Assembly (NCBI RefSeq): GCF_004010195.1
Contig: NC_057718.1
Span: 41,882,444-41,946,443 of the forward strand
Direction: 5' to 3'
DNA from: Chiloscyllium plagiosum
Lineage: Eukaryota
Length of the DNA stretch: 64,000 nucleotides
Of this stretch, positions 1 through 12,712 are shown one piece after another. The translations under genes were made by a program, and so were the position numbers. Below the pieces are notes generated by a model. It was not told the DNA's origin, did not search any database, and saw only the letters and a list, made by a program, of their open reading frames with translations. The first letter of the stretch is position 1, and each line of letters starts with the position of its first letter.

Positions 1-114
1 TAACTACTTGAATTATCTCCTATTTGTATGATTTCTATTTCTCTGGAATTTTTTCTTTGCAAGATGTTTACTTTGCTTGTGAGGTAATTGAGGTAATGTT
101 TTCTTACAATTTCA

Positions 115-478
115 CAGAATCCCTTCAGTGTGGAAACAGGCCATTTGGTCCAACAGGTCCACAGTGACACTCCAAAGAGTATAGATTAAAGTGATGCTAG
201 AAAAGCATAGCAGGTCAGGCAGCATCTGTGAAGCAGGAAAATCAATGTTTTGGGCAAAAGCCCTTCATCAGGAATACTCCAAAGAGTAACCTGCCCAGAC
301 CTATTCTCCTACCCTATTACTCCACATTCCCCCTAACACGGCCAATTCACCTAACCTGTACATCTTTGGATTGTGGGAGGAAACCCACGCAGACACTGGG
401 AGAATGAGCAAACTCAACACAGTCCCCCAAGGCTGGAATCGAACCCTGAGGCAGCAGTGCTAACCACTAAGCTACCGT
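115..478 (-). mobile_element. HE1/V-SINE-like tRNA-derived SINE, interrupted by an insertion at 182-275
   Basis: Reverse complement shows tRNA-like head (TGGTTAGCACTGCTGCC...GGTTCGATTCC), central V-domain-like sequence and CR1-like tail (GGCCTGTTTCCACACTG); matches copies at 48322 and 52103. Confidence 0.85.
182..275 (-). mobile_element. Short Penelope-derived terminal fragment with decayed hammerhead motif
   Basis: Flanked by 13-bp direct repeat ACTCCAAAGAGTA (169-181, 276-288); minus strand reads CCTGATGAAGGGCTTTTGCCCAAAAC. Confidence 0.8.
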
Positions 479-1312
479 GTTCTTTTGTAAAGTTGACCCA
501 ATTGGCCACACTTATAGTACTCATTCCCTTGCTGCTGGATATGGATTGTGATTATGTTTGGTGATACACCTTGTAGCACCTAATATAATCGAAGATGTTG
601 ATTCCATCTCTTTTAGCATTTTGGCAGACTTTTGGGAGGTTAACAATGGCATCTTGGGGTCTCTCCAACCTACCATGTCAGAAAAGTCTCAGCTGTTTCC
701 TTACATTATTCATTTTAGGCAATGATTTCCATCGCAGAATGAATTAAATTGCCTGTTCATACTTTAACTCCTCCATTGATTAAAGAAAGTCTGATAATTT
801 CTCATACCTCATATCAACTGCTATACCATCTTATTTAATTCATCCTGAAAAGCTCTGTACCTGCTACATCCCTTAAGATGGTACAAAACTGTTTACTAAA
901 GAAAAACCATTGATTCTCTCAAATGTTGAAATCAGTGATTAAATGTGATCTGTTCCATTATTAAATTTCTTTTGGGAGCAATCTATGTTTTACCACAACA
1001 TCATCAGCTATTAGACCTACAACATACAAAAATGTGCTGACTTGATGATGCTGCTCCTTCAGATGTCATCCTGAAGGGGTCAGATAATGCTGAAACTGCC
1101 ACTTCCCAGAGCAGCTCACTTCTGGAATTTTTCTGTGTCTTTTGCATTATTGAACTGTTGAGTAATATTAAGGTCTCAACTGGAGTTGTTATCACTACAG
1201 GCTATCATCGCTGACTGATCTGTGGCTTGGTTGTGATCCTGTGGTTTCCCTCTCCAGTGTATTGCTGGGTCATGACTGTGATATGGACATCATAACATGT
1301 GCTGCTATTGAC

Positions 1313-1424
1313 AAGGTTAGAGGTCAGGTGACACCAGGCAATTGTCCAACAGGCTAATTTGAAATCACAAGCTTGTTATTTCAAATAAACTGGTTGGTCA
1401 ATAACCTGGGTCATGATTAGACTT
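1313..1424. mobile_element. Collapsed palindromic Penelope-derived mini-element
   Basis: TTTGAAATCACAAG|CTTGTTATTTCAAA fold-back; arms match the family at 20993-21172 and 24093-24500. Confidence 0.65.
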
Positions 1425-2164
1425 CAAAGACTTCCAAGGTTCATTTTCTTGCCTTTCAGACATTTCTGTTTTTCAACTTAACAGTACTTTCAAAATCTTC
1501 TACAGTCCTATACTGCCTTTGATATCTTCCCTCTTCAGCTGTGTTCTTCTGTTTTAACTTCAGATTCGGGCTGTGGCAATTTTTTGCCCATTTGTCATTG
1601 TGCTTTACCTTGTGTTTTAATCCAATCTTTTCAATGGGATATTGGTCTGGACTACCTTTGGACTGTGTATGTCTGCACATACATTGTCCCTGAGGCTGCT
1701 TGCTCTCTATAACCAAATATGATTCTTCGGCTCCTTACTTATTGGAAGAACTCCTTTATTTATGTTTGTACACAATAGGTTCTCAAGTACAGATCTCTAC
1801 TATTATGTACAGGACTTCTCTTCAGATATTCAGTCTAGACTGGTATCTGCCCTCTGTCAGTCATGTGATCAGTTACAGCTTCATGATTTACATGATTTTT
1901 TTATATTACAGAGAGCACAAATCCTCGAAAGGACATGGCATCGTATTCCATGGAACTACTGGCAATTCTCTGGGATGGCACTTCACCAATTTCAATAATC
2001 TCTTGGAGCACATACTGCAATGAGAATCTGTAGGCCCCTTTACAGGCTCATATCTGTAGCCATGATGGAAACAAACTGAGTTTGTCTAGTTGATTTTAAC
2101 CTTTCTACGAATCCTCTTCCAAGGATACACACCTTGAAGAAGTTCTCCTCCTCTCTCTACAAAA

Positions 2165-2346
2165 TCCCAGCCCCATCCCCCCTCCCATTTATCTCTCCAC
2201 CCCCGAAGCTCCCAGCCTCATTCCTGATGAAGGGCTCATGTCCAAAACGTCGATTCTCCTGCTCCTCGGATGCTGCCTGACCTGCTGTGCTTTTCCAGCA
2301 CCACACTCTTGACTCTAATCACCAGCATCTGCAGTCCTCACTTTCA
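2165..2346 (+). mobile_element. Penelope-like element 3' end with hammerhead-like motif
   Basis: CTGATGA at 2224-2230, stem GGGC-tcat-GTCC, GAAA decayed to AAAA; tail matches 20491-20580 and 22652-22786. Confidence 0.8.
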
Positions 2347-2349
2347 CGT

Positions 2350-4190
2350 GGGTTTGCTTGTTGCCACGCTAGGATTGCATAGAAGCAAGAATAGATTTGA
2401 TAATGTCTGTCTGAGCTTTATCTGCAGCACATATATTGTTCAGGAATGGAGAGGAACTTGCTGTTTTTTTTGGGGGGGTCTGCAGGGAGGCAGAGATTTC
2501 AGTCATTATGGTTCATGTAGGTAACTAGGCAGGACAAGAAAGAGGTTGTGCATAGTCAGTGTGAGGGTCTAGTCACAAAACTACAAAACAGAAACTCAAA
2601 GGTAATAATCTCTGGATTACTATCTGAATTATATGGGTTGGCACAGGGCAACTAAGAGTAAGATTAAATAAGAAATGAATGTCAGGCTCAAAGGCTGGTG
2701 TAGGACAAATGAGCCAGTTTGTTGGGATCCAGCACCGGGGACTGGAGAAAGTGGGCCCTATACTAGTGGGATGGTCTACACCTCAAGTGTACTGAGACCA
2801 GTGTTCGTGTGAACTGCATAACTGGGAAGTAGAGAGGAGTTAAAATTAAATGGGGGGGGGAAGGGATCAAACTTGGGAAATTGTGGTATTCAAAGAATTG
2901 AGACAAGGCAAGAAAGAAAGGTATTAATATGAGAAAGGTTAAAAAGAACATGACAGGAAGGATTGGAAGTACGTATCGATGACACCAAAATTGGAAGTGT
3001 AGTGGATAGCGAAGAAGGTTACCTCAGATTACAACAGGATCTTGATCCGATGGAGTTTAATTCAGATAAATGTGAGGTGCTGCATTTTGGGAAAGCAAAT
3101 CTTAGCAGGACTTATAGACTTAATGGCAAGATCCTAGGGAGTGTTGCTGAACAAAGAAACCTTGAAGTGCAGGTTCATAGCTCCTTGAAAGTGGAGTCGC
3201 AGGTAGATAGGATAGTGAAGAAGGTGTTTGGTATGCTTTCCTTTATTGGTCAGAGTATTGAGTACAGGAGTTGGGAGGTCATATTGTGGCTGTACAGGAC
3301 ATTGGTTAGGCCACTGTTGGAATATTGTGTGCAATTCTGGTCTCCTTCCTATCGGAAAGATGTTGTGAAACTTGAAAGGGTTCAGAAAAGATTTACAAGG
3401 ATGTTGCCAGGGTTGGAGGATTGGAGCTATAGGGAATGGCTGAACAGGCTGGGGCTGTTTTCCCTGCAGCGTCGGAGGCTGAGGGGTGATCTTATAGAGG
3501 TTTACAAAATTATGAGGGGCATGGATAGGGTAAATAGGCAAAGTCTTTTCCCTGGGGTTGGGGAGTCCAGAACTAGAGGGCATAGGTTTAGGGTGAGAGG
3601 GGAAAGATATAAAAGAGACCTAAGGGGCAACTTTTTCACACAGAGGGTGGTACGTGTATGGAATGAGCTGCCAGAGGAAATGGTGGAGGCTGGTACAATT
3701 GCAACATTTTAGAGGCATTTAGATGGATATATGAATAGGAAGGGTTTGGAGGGATATGGGCCGGGTGCTGGCAGGTGGGACTAGATTGTGTTGGGATTTC
3801 TGGTCGGCATGGACGGGTTGGACCAAAAGGTCTGTTTCCGTGCTGTACATCTCTATAACTCTATCTAAGAGTGCATCAGTAGATAAGGCTAGAGGTTACA
3901 AAAATAAGAAAAAAAACTGAAGAATCTACATGGAATTGCACATAGAATTCAAAACAAAATGTACAAACAGAAAGAAATATCATCTGATAAAGAGATGTGT
4001 CTGTAGGAGGTTATGGTTTGGGATTGAACATTGAGGAGTACGTGACATTTAAGAAAGACGGGAAGCTAAGAAATGTTGAGGGGCAGCTCTGTTAATTAAT
4101 GTTATTAGCACAAAAGAAAGAGATGATCTAAGTTCAGAAAATGGGATATAGAAGTGGCTTGGGTAGAGATTAAATAATGACAAAGACAAG
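2350..4190 (+). mobile_element. Old CR1 LINE 5' portion (ORF1 esterase-like region plus start of APE endonuclease), split by the younger CR1 at 2975-3864
   Basis: Decayed translation includes KVIISGLL and WDGLHL (CR1 ORF1 SGNH-like motifs); 3950-4190 resembles the endonuclease N-terminus. Confidence 0.65.
2975..3864 (+). mobile_element. Young 5'-truncated CR1 LINE (RT C-terminus and 3' UTR)
   Basis: ORF 2963-3712: DDTKIG...MEFNSDKCEVLHFGK...LYRTLVRPLLEYCVQFWSP...RRLRGDLIEVYKI; ends in CTCTATAACTCTAT tail. Confidence 0.95.
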
Positions 4191-4499
4191 AACATTTTTC
4201 TTTGCCAAATCTAAAAATATTGAATATAAGAGAAGAAAAGGATACTTGGCTGACAATCAAGCATCATCCAATTAGATAGTGAGCCTTCTTCAATTGGAGT
4301 ATAAAGGCAATGCACTGCAAAGGTAAAGGTATTGGCTGATTACTGGCTGCAGAATGGGTCAAATCATGTGATGAACCACTAGTCAGAGATGTAGTCATAA
4401 CTGGCAACCCTAATATCCTCTCCAGGGCTTTGGTATTTAGTTTTCCATAATTATTCACAATTTTCCAGTTGATATTGAATCAAAGATTTGTAATGATTT

Positions 4500-4670
4500 G
4501 AAAGCAAAACAAAAAGTGCTGGAGAAATTCAGCAGGTCTGGCAGCATTTGTAGAGAGACAAACAGAATTAATGGTTTGAATTAAATTTGACTCTTCCTAT
4601 GCTGTGTTTCTCCAGCACTTTCTATTTTTCTTTCAGATCTTCAGCATCTCTCGTATTTTGTATTTATTTG
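4500..4670. mobile_element. Old palindromic Penelope-derived mini-element
   Basis: AAAGTGCTGGAGAAA...TTTCTCCAGCACTTT inverted arms, related to 28880-29165. Confidence 0.65.
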
Positions 4671-4674
4671 TAAA

Positions 4675-6090
4675 GAATTTCATGTTTTGTATCCAATGCC
4701 TCAGTTTACAAAGTCATACACTTTCTTAACTGACTTATCATCAACTTGCCCTGCCATCTTCAGAGATTTGTAATGCACATTCAAGTCCTTCTGTTCTTGC
4801 CCAATCCACTATTCCAACATAATAGTAATACTTAGATTATAATGACATCACTTGTTTCACCCAAGGTGCATACGTTCACATTTTTTGGCATTATATTGTA
4901 CCTGCCCATTACATCAGTCCACATATACCCTCTTAAAGTCCAAGATCCAAGATAGATCCAGTAAGACACTTCAGCCAGAGCTCGTCTGCTTTGTCCATTC
5001 TTCTTCTTTTTCTCCCCCTCTTTGTGTTTCTTTCCTCTTCACTCCCGGCCTCAGGTTGACTCCCAGCCTCTGATTGACTCTCAGCCTCCAGTGACTCCAG
5101 GCCTCCAATGACTGCCAGCTTCTGATAGATTCACGGCCTCTGCTGACTCCCAATCTCAGCGCAGAAACAACGAGGGTCCTCCTGGTCTAGTGTAGTGGCT
5201 TCCCGGCTTTATGTAGCAGTTTCCCGGCGTGGCGGTCTCTCAGCCTGAGGTAGTCTCCTGGTCTTGAGGTGATACCAGATCATTCTGACAGCCCAGTGAT
5301 CCTCCAGGTCAAGCCCAGAGTGATCGAGAGCCAAGGCCCAGTGCGGATTGGAGTCAAGATGCCAGTGTGGTCTGAGTTGGAAGATCACGATTCTGAACTT
5401 TTATTTCTGCAATGCTGGACATTTTATTGCTCTATTTTCTAAGATCTGAAGAAGCTGTAACTAGATACCTTTGTACCTAAGATGGTGCTGTAAGTGGTGA
5501 CGTGTAAACTTTTCACTGTACTCATTTGTGTTTTTGACAATAAAGCTAATTGAATTCAAAATTATTCTCTCAATACTCAAGATCCTGTCAATTATATAAC
5601 ACACCAAGAAAAGCAGTAACCCAAACATTGAACCTTGAAAACACATAATGAATATTCTTTCCAATCAGAAAGTTTCTGTTCACCACCATTTTCTGCCTCC
5701 TAAACTTTAGGCAATTTTATTCATAAGTTATCACCATCCCATTAATAGCTGTCCTTCTATTTTCCAAAATGTCTGATATGAGTAGTTTAATCAAATGTCT
5801 TTTTTACAATTCATATATACAACATACAACTGCTTTCATCAACCTTCTCTGTTACTTTATCAATGAACTCAATCAAAATAGACAGGTTTAGTTTACTCAA
5901 GACAAATCAGTACTTTCTGATTCTTATGGTATGAATGAAAGCTTCTCTAATTAAGAACTCATTTCTGTCATGACTGTTGTTTCTCATTTTCTGACTACCA
6001 ATATCAGATTCTTTACCCTGTGGTCACTAGGTTAGTCGCTTTCTCCTTTCTGATCAAAACTGTAACATTTTCATTTTGCCATGCCTTTGA
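4675..6090 (-). mobile_element. Old CR1 RT remnant interrupted by the element at 4950-5560
   Basis: Minus-strand FQGSMFGLLLFLV resembles PQGSVLGPLLFLI; flanking segments resemble CR1 ORF2. Confidence 0.6.
4950..5560 (+). mobile_element. Non-coding, non-autonomous retroelement with internal minisatellite
   Basis: Shares 5' motif CAGCCAGAGCTC and 3' tail (TTGTACCTAAGATG...TTCACTGTA...GACAATAA) with the copy at 17870-18545; internal degenerate GACTCCCAGCCTC units. Confidence 0.6.
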
Positions 6091-6524
6091 TTCCACTCTA
6101 GCTCCTCAAATGAGTTAAGTAGAAGTAAAGAAATACAGCTGCACCTAAATATTATGTGAGCATTCATTTCACTGCATGCCCTGTCTAATGTCACTTCTGT
6201 GAAGCATTAAGTGGAATGAATACGTAGACCTTAATTAGCACACTTGTTGGGCAACGACTGGAATGTTGGAAGGAATGCAGGCTGTCGACAACAATTGCCC
6301 TTCAATATTGCTGCATTTCCTTCCTCCTGTTATTGGTGAGATCACTAGACAATAAAAACGGTTCAGCTTCAGGGGAGGGATTGGACACAGGAACCCATTT
6401 TATTTGCATCACTATCATGGAGATGCTGGTATGCGTGATCTTAACTATTTGACACATGTAGGTGCAAAGCCTGTCTGTGTTTATAATCTACATCTAGAAA
6501 GTTGGGAATACATAATTATCAGAA

Positions 6525-6900
6525 AAAGGAAGAAGAAATTACTTATGTTTATTTAGTACCTTATCAGGTAATTCAAACATGTTTTACAACCAATGGCATT
6601 TTGTTCAAATGTAGTGATTGTTGCTGGATGATAGACATGGTAAACATTATATGTACAATGTAATCTGACAGAGAGCAGTAAAGGAATGACCACTTCCTGT
6701 TTTGGGCTTTATCCTGGGGGAAATGTTGATCAGGTACGATGAAAATGCTTTGCTCTTTTTCAAATAATATTCAAGGAATAATTTATGGCAACCTGAATAG
6801 ATTCCTGATTTAACAACTCATCCAAGCACAAGCATCTCTAACAATATTGCACCCCTGTCAGAATGACACTGGAGGATGTGCTCAAATACAGCCCATCATC
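6525..6900 (-). mobile_element. Old AmnSINE1-like Deu-SINE
   Basis: Degenerate match to the recalled Deu-SINE consensus (TTTACAACCAATG...TGTAGT...CTCATCCAA); related copy at 51285. Confidence 0.55.
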
Positions 6901-7479
6901 TTGTAAACTAAGAAGCTGTTTAATGCCTGGAAAACAGTCACGAAGTGGAAGATTTTCTAGGCCACGTAATTTAAAGAATGAAGGAAAGACAGAATTTGTC
7001 ACTTCTGTAATCTTCATGAGAGCAAACAGAAGCTAAATTGTATCATTACATTTTATTCAACATGATTCTGTTTCTCTCCACTGCTATACACAGTCTATCG
7101 TCTGGGTCTGGAGGGAGAACTGGCAAATTCAGCATGGAATCCATTGCTAATTTACAAAACACATATGGCTGTATACTCTAATTTCTCTCCTGTAAACAAA
7201 TATCTGATATAAACCTGAGGGAATTAGTCTACAGTCTGACAACTTTCTGCTCATGCATGTTCTGCTAGCAAGAACGAATCAGACATTTTATTTGAATAAT
7301 GCCTCAAAGTGTTTTTGTTCATTCAGCTCAATTGTAATAATATTAAAGATGGCAGCAGACAGATCAAATGTGCTGTGTATTTTTGATATTACCACAGCAT
7401 TCACCTCTCTCTATAAGGAGCAAATGCTTGCACTCCGAATATACATGAATTGGAAATTATTGCTGGAAAGAAAATGCAT

Positions 7480-7922
7480 AGTGATATAACATCAAAAGTA
7501 ATCTCTGAGTTTTATACAACAATCAGACTGGCTGGTACAGGGAACTTAATTAGAATCAATGGGGGCCTGTTTTGCTTAAATTAAGTTGTGCTGTGTATAT
7601 TAAGGCTGAATCTGCACTCAGATGAATGCATATTAACTGACTTTATTTAACATTGTAATATACAAAGGGTGTAATATTTGTGTGAATGGTGACTGAAAAC
7701 AAATGTTTCAGTTTTAAAGGATAAATATTAATCAAATTAACTTGTTATTTAATTTTTCTCTGCTAGAGTTATGTATTTAATAAATTGTTAAGTGTTTTGT
7801 TTGAGATACAAAACCGATGCCTGGAAACTAATTGTTCATAAAGTGTGGGACTGGTTTTTCAAAACTTTGGGTAGAAACCATTGAAGTAACTATTAGGACT
7901 CTTTGGCAGTTTAATCATAGCA
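7480..7922 (+). mobile_element. Possible old solo LTR
   Basis: About 440 bp with AATAAA and an end in ATCATAGCA similar to other LTR ends in this window; no TSD confirmed. Confidence 0.3.
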
Positions 7923-9219
7923 TTCGTTCTACAGATACTGCCAGATTTTCAAAGTTTCTCCATATTTTTCTCTGCCTACAATTTGTTAACCCCTATACTT
8001 GTTATTCATTCAACTTTTACATCCATCCACTCCAAGTCTCCTACACCTGTGCTTCTGGTTTAGCAGTCTTTTTTAAACAAATATTTTTCTCTGACTAATT
8101 GTTCATTCTCCATTTGATGCTCAACTTTAAGCTTTTCTAAGGTACTTCTCTGTTCTAGCAATTCTAGATATATTATGTCCATGACTGAAAGAACCCTTGA
8201 GTGCTTCCATGGCTTACTGACAAAAGTGAATTGTCGACTTCATCTGCCATTTTTTGTCACTAAATAATTTCTGAAAGTTCAAAATTGACTTGATCCAATT
8301 TGGACATAAAACTATTCCTTCCACTGGATAGCTTTGCATGAGTTATTTGCAGTTTTTGTACTGGGGTGCTGATTTTGAAATTGTTTATCAAGATCTGTCA
8401 AGTTCACCCTGATATTATTTGCATTGTTGTGAGAAGGCATTGCATACAGTTGATTTCTGTAAATAAAAACGGGTACGATCCACCCTGCCTGAAGCTGATT
8501 GCTCATCAAGATTGTCAAAGCTCTGAGACCCATTTGGCATAATTGTAGATCCATTTATATCTCCATACTCCACGATTTAACAGATATTGTGGATATCTTG
8601 CTGATTGTAGAAAATTTTCAAATGTCTCTGGTGTTCCAGAGTTGTTAATAGCTGTTAGATTGGACAACTATTAAATCCTTTTCAACAACAATTGTCTCTT
8701 TAAGTACTTGGATGTCTATACTTTGAGGCTGTGCATTGCATGTAGCCTGCAGCACAGTTTAGTTTCCTGCAAATTTGTTAACATTCGTCTCTGAAAAATG
8801 TTAATGTAGAGTTGACAGAGCTGGATTTTCAGGATTACAGCCTTGTCCTGCTTCCCTGTCGTGCACCAACCTTCATTACAGGGAGCAATGTCTACATCTA
8901 GTTAATGTCATTCAGTTTTTGTTGTTGCATGTGGGTTAAGTGAAATAGGCAGACAAATTAATCTCTTTGTTACATTCTTCAGCAGAGGGTGAATATTCTC
9001 AAAAAAAGCCATAGAGCCTTCATGAGCATAGTCAGGCAAGTCAAAGAGTTTGATCCAGGACACCTGCTTCCACTAAATGAACGACATGAATGGGAAGTTC
9101 ATTATCTGCCTCTCTGCTCCCTTGTAGCTAGTCATCTCAATCTTTGACTTTTAATACCTCCCCTGCCCTAAAGTTGAATGGAAGATAGTTGAAATGTTCC
9201 TGAGTTCAAGCAGTACAGT

Positions 9220-9425
9220 GGGCAGCATGGTGCCTCAGTGGTTAGCGCTGGTGCCTCAGTGGTTAGCGCTGCTGCCTCAGTGCTAAGGATCGGGGGTGTG
9301 GGGGTTTAGCTATGGTAAATGTGGGGTTACGAGGAAAGAGTAGGGGTCTGTGGAATGCTCTTCAGAGAGTCAGTACAGACTTGATAGGAGAAATGGCCTC
9401 TTTCTGCACAGACGATTCTATGATA
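9220..9425 (+). mobile_element. HE1-like SINE, internally deleted, with duplicated head
   Basis: GGGCAGCATGG head; TGCCTCAGTGGTTAGCGCTG repeated in tandem; tail GGCCTCTTTCTGCAC...ATTCTATGAT. Confidence 0.75.
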
Positions 9426-9543
9426 CTAATTATGGTGTTCTCTCCAAAAGCATTGAGACAGCTGCCTTTGCATTCAATTCCAAAATAATATTCTTGCTAA
9501 TAACTGTGATATCTGTATTCCAAACTCTGTATCGTAAGTAAGC

Positions 9544-10600
9544 ATGATGTGTAAGTTTGAGTGTGTGGGAAGATGGTTTTGTGTGTGTGTGTGTATGCGG
9601 TTGAATGTGTGTGTGGGAGAATGGGTGTGTGTGTGTGGGAGGGAGGGTGTGTGTGGGAGAGTGGGGTGTGTGTNNNNNNNNNNNNNNNNNNNNNNNNNNN
9701 NNNNNNNNNNNNNNNNNNNNNNNNNNNNNNNNNNNNNNNNNNNNNNNNNNNNNNNNNNNNNNNNNNNNNNNNNNNNNNNNNNNNNNNNNNNNNNNNNNNN
9801 NNNNNNNNNNNNNNNNNNNNNNNNNNNNNNNNNNNNNNNNNNNNNNNNNNNNNNNNNNNNNNNNNNNNNNNNNNNNNNNNNNNNNNNNNNNNNNNNNNNN
9901 NNNNNNNNNNNNNNNNNNNNNNNNNNNNNNNNNNNNNNNNNNNNNNNNNNNNNNNNNNNNNNNNNNNNNNNNNNNNNNNNNNNNNNNNNNNNNNNNNNNN
10001 NNNNNNNNNNNNNNNNNNNNNNNNNNNNNNNNNNNNNNNNNNNNNNNNNNNNNNNNNNNNNNNNNNNNNNNNNNNNNNNNNNNNNNNNNNNNNNNNNNNN
10101 NNNNNNNNNNNNNNNNNNNNNNNNNNNNNNNNNNNNNNNNNNNNNNNNNNNNNNNNNNNNNNNNNNNNNNNNNNNNNNNNNNNNNNNNNNNNNNNNNNNN
10201 NNNNNNNNNNNNNNNNNNNNNNNNNNNNNNNNNNNNNNNNNNNNNNNNNNNNNNNNNNNNNNNNNNNNNNNNNNNNNNNNNNNNNNNNNNNNNNNNNNNN
10301 NNNNNNNNNNNNNNNNNNNNNNNNNNNNNNNNNNNNNNNNNNNNNNNNNNNNNNNNNNNNNNNNNNNNNNNNNNNNNNNNNNNNNNNNNNNNNNNNNNNN
10401 NNNNNNNNNNNNNNNNNGGGTGGGAGAGTGGGAGAGGGATGTGGATGTGTGGGAGAGTGGGTGTGGCTGTGCAAAGAGTGGGTGTATGTGGGAGGTTGGG
10501 TGTGGGAGTGTGTGGGAGAGTGGGTATGGGTGATTGTGTGTGTTGGTGGGATTGGGTATGGGTGTGTGGGAAGATGGGCGTTTGGGAGAGTGGGGAGTGC
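9544..10600. repeat. GT/GGGAGA-rich low-complexity array containing an assembly gap (N 9674-10417)
   Basis: TGTGTGGGAGA-type units on both sides of 744 Ns. Confidence 0.95.
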
Positions 10601-10865
10601 ATGAGCGATTGTGCTGAAAGTCTGTGGTCGCCCTCTTATTCACCAAGAAGAACCCATCCTGTTCTTCAATATCCTCTGAGGCTCTAATGAGATCTGTTTT
10701 TAACTTACTGTAAAATGGGCCTTTTTGGCACTCCTGATTGTATTTAATACTAGCTGAACAGAAACCTTACTTATACTTATAATGGCTTTGGCCACCTCTG
10801 TTACTTTGCACATTTTCCTTGGCAGATTTTCTGACTGATTTTTTTTTCCCATCTCTGTAAAGACT

Positions 10866-11473
10866 AGTATTGAGTACAGGAGTTGGGAGGTCATGTGCGG
10901 CTGTACAGGACATTGGTTAGGCCACTTTTGGAATATTGCATGCAATTCTGGTCTCCTTCCTATCGGAAACATGTTGTGAAACTTGAATGGATTCAGAAAA
11001 GATGTACAAGGATGTTGGCAGGGTTGGAAGATTTGAGCTACAGGGAGAGGTTAAATAGGCTAGGGCTATTTTCCTTGGAGGGTTAGAGGCTGATGGATCA
11101 CCTTATAGAGGTTTTAAAATCATGAGGGGCATGGATAGGATAAATAGACAAAGTCTTTTCCCTGGGGTGTGGGAGTCCAGAACTAGAGGGCATAGGTTTA
11201 GCATGAGACGTGAAAAATATAAAAAAGACCTAAGGGGCAACTTTTTCACGCAGAGGGTGGTACATGTATGGAATGAGCTGCCAGAGGATGTGGTGGAGGC
11301 TGGTACATTTGCAACATTTCAAAGACAATTGGATGGGTATATGAATAGCAAGGGTTTGGAGGGATATGGGTCGGGTCCTGACAGGTGGGACGAGCTTGGG
11401 TTTGGATATCTGGACGGCATGGACAATTTGGGCTGAAAGGTCTGTTTCTGTGCTGTACACCTCTATGACTCTA
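10866..11473 (+). mobile_element. 5'-truncated CR1 LINE
   Basis: LYRTLVRPLLEYCMQFWSPSYRK; very similar to 3255-3864; CTCTATGACTCTA tail. Confidence 0.95.
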
Positions 11474-11695
11474 CGACCCTCTGATGTTCAGTACTATACT
11501 AGCCATAGCCCAACTGTTTTTTCACTTTGCTGGCTTTTCATTTACTTTGTCGCTGTTGGTCAAAATTTCCTGCTCTGTGATGTGGTGCCGACGTTGGCCT
11601 TGAAGTCCTTTATTTGCAGCTTTATACTGCTGCTGGCTTCATTTGACAAGTTTCTTGCTTCTTGCCTCCAGCTCTGATGATCTACTTGTAACTAT

Positions 11696-11880
11696 GTGGT
11701 AAGATCAGGTCTGCATTTAGGTGAGTAAACATGAACAGACTTTATTGAAAATATATACAAGGGACATTAAGAGTGGACATTTCTGGAACCTTCAGACTTG
11801 GGTCTCATTATAATGTAGAACCTTACGCACATGCTTAGTAGTTATTCCTCGAGTAAAGACATTGTTAACCCTTTACTGCA
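11696..11880 (-). mobile_element. Possible short solo LTR
   Basis: TGTGGTAA...TTACTGCA imperfect terminal inverted repeat; minus-strand AATAAA; TSD not clear. Confidence 0.3.
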
Positions 11881-12712
11881 CACTGCTGACCCAAGAGTTA
11901 TTGAACTCAGTTCACTTGTTGGTGACCTTCACTTGCATCATTAAAAGGAGTGCCAGCTGCTGCTGGCCTGAGGTAGCAAGTAATATCAGGGGACAAAAGC
12001 TCAACATTGAACTGAGCCCATAGTCAGAACAACTATTCATTTTCACAGAGCAAGAGAACAGCCTTCATTGGAACAAAGACAAGTGTTGAAAAAGAAAATG
12101 GTCATTTTCTGAACTGATAGTTTTGATTGCCTATCCCCTCCCAACATGATATAGTTTTATGAGGCTGCATCAATGATGCTGAGTCTTGTCAGGGGAGGAT
12201 GCGGGTCAGAAAATTGGCCCTTGACTCACAATCCTGATTCATGCTGCAGACGATTTTCAGGTCTAATGACAAGTCATGCTTGCTCTGCACAAAACAAGCA
12301 GTGTTTACTGACCATACCACTCCTACCTGAGCATGCCCTTGATCTTCCGCCCTCACGCACAAGCACTCTTGAGACTCATCCTTACTTTAAATTTGTTAAA
12401 CACAAACTCTTTTGAATTCTGATAAAAGGCAATCACCTGAAATGTTAATTCTATTTCTCTTTCTGCAGACATTACCTGACAGGCTGAATTTTTTCCAGCA
12501 TTTGTTTAGACTTCCAACACCCACAACATGCTGCTTTAAACTTCTTACGTTTAATTTTGTCACAGACAAAGGGACAATGCAAGTAATTTTAACTTTAATT
12601 TGCATACTTTGTAAATTCAGAATCTTGAGGCTGCATGCTATCTTCCCTGTACACTCATGTCTCTGCCAATATGATTGTCACCACAAAGAGGGCTGCTTTT
12701 ATAGAGCACCCC

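Noticed and set aside
2963..3712. 249-aa ORF as a host gene
   Set aside because: CR1 ORF2 C-terminus, 5'-truncated and multi-copy within the window; the ORF at 3134(-) is its antisense shadow.
9430..10687. Six long ORFs of 325-390 aa
   Set aside because: They are open only because of 744 Ns and GT/CA low-complexity flanks.
9430..10860. Assignment of the decayed minus-strand peptides to CEP152 or another named coiled-coil gene
   Set aside because: Only a vague resemblance from memory; no convincing alignment.
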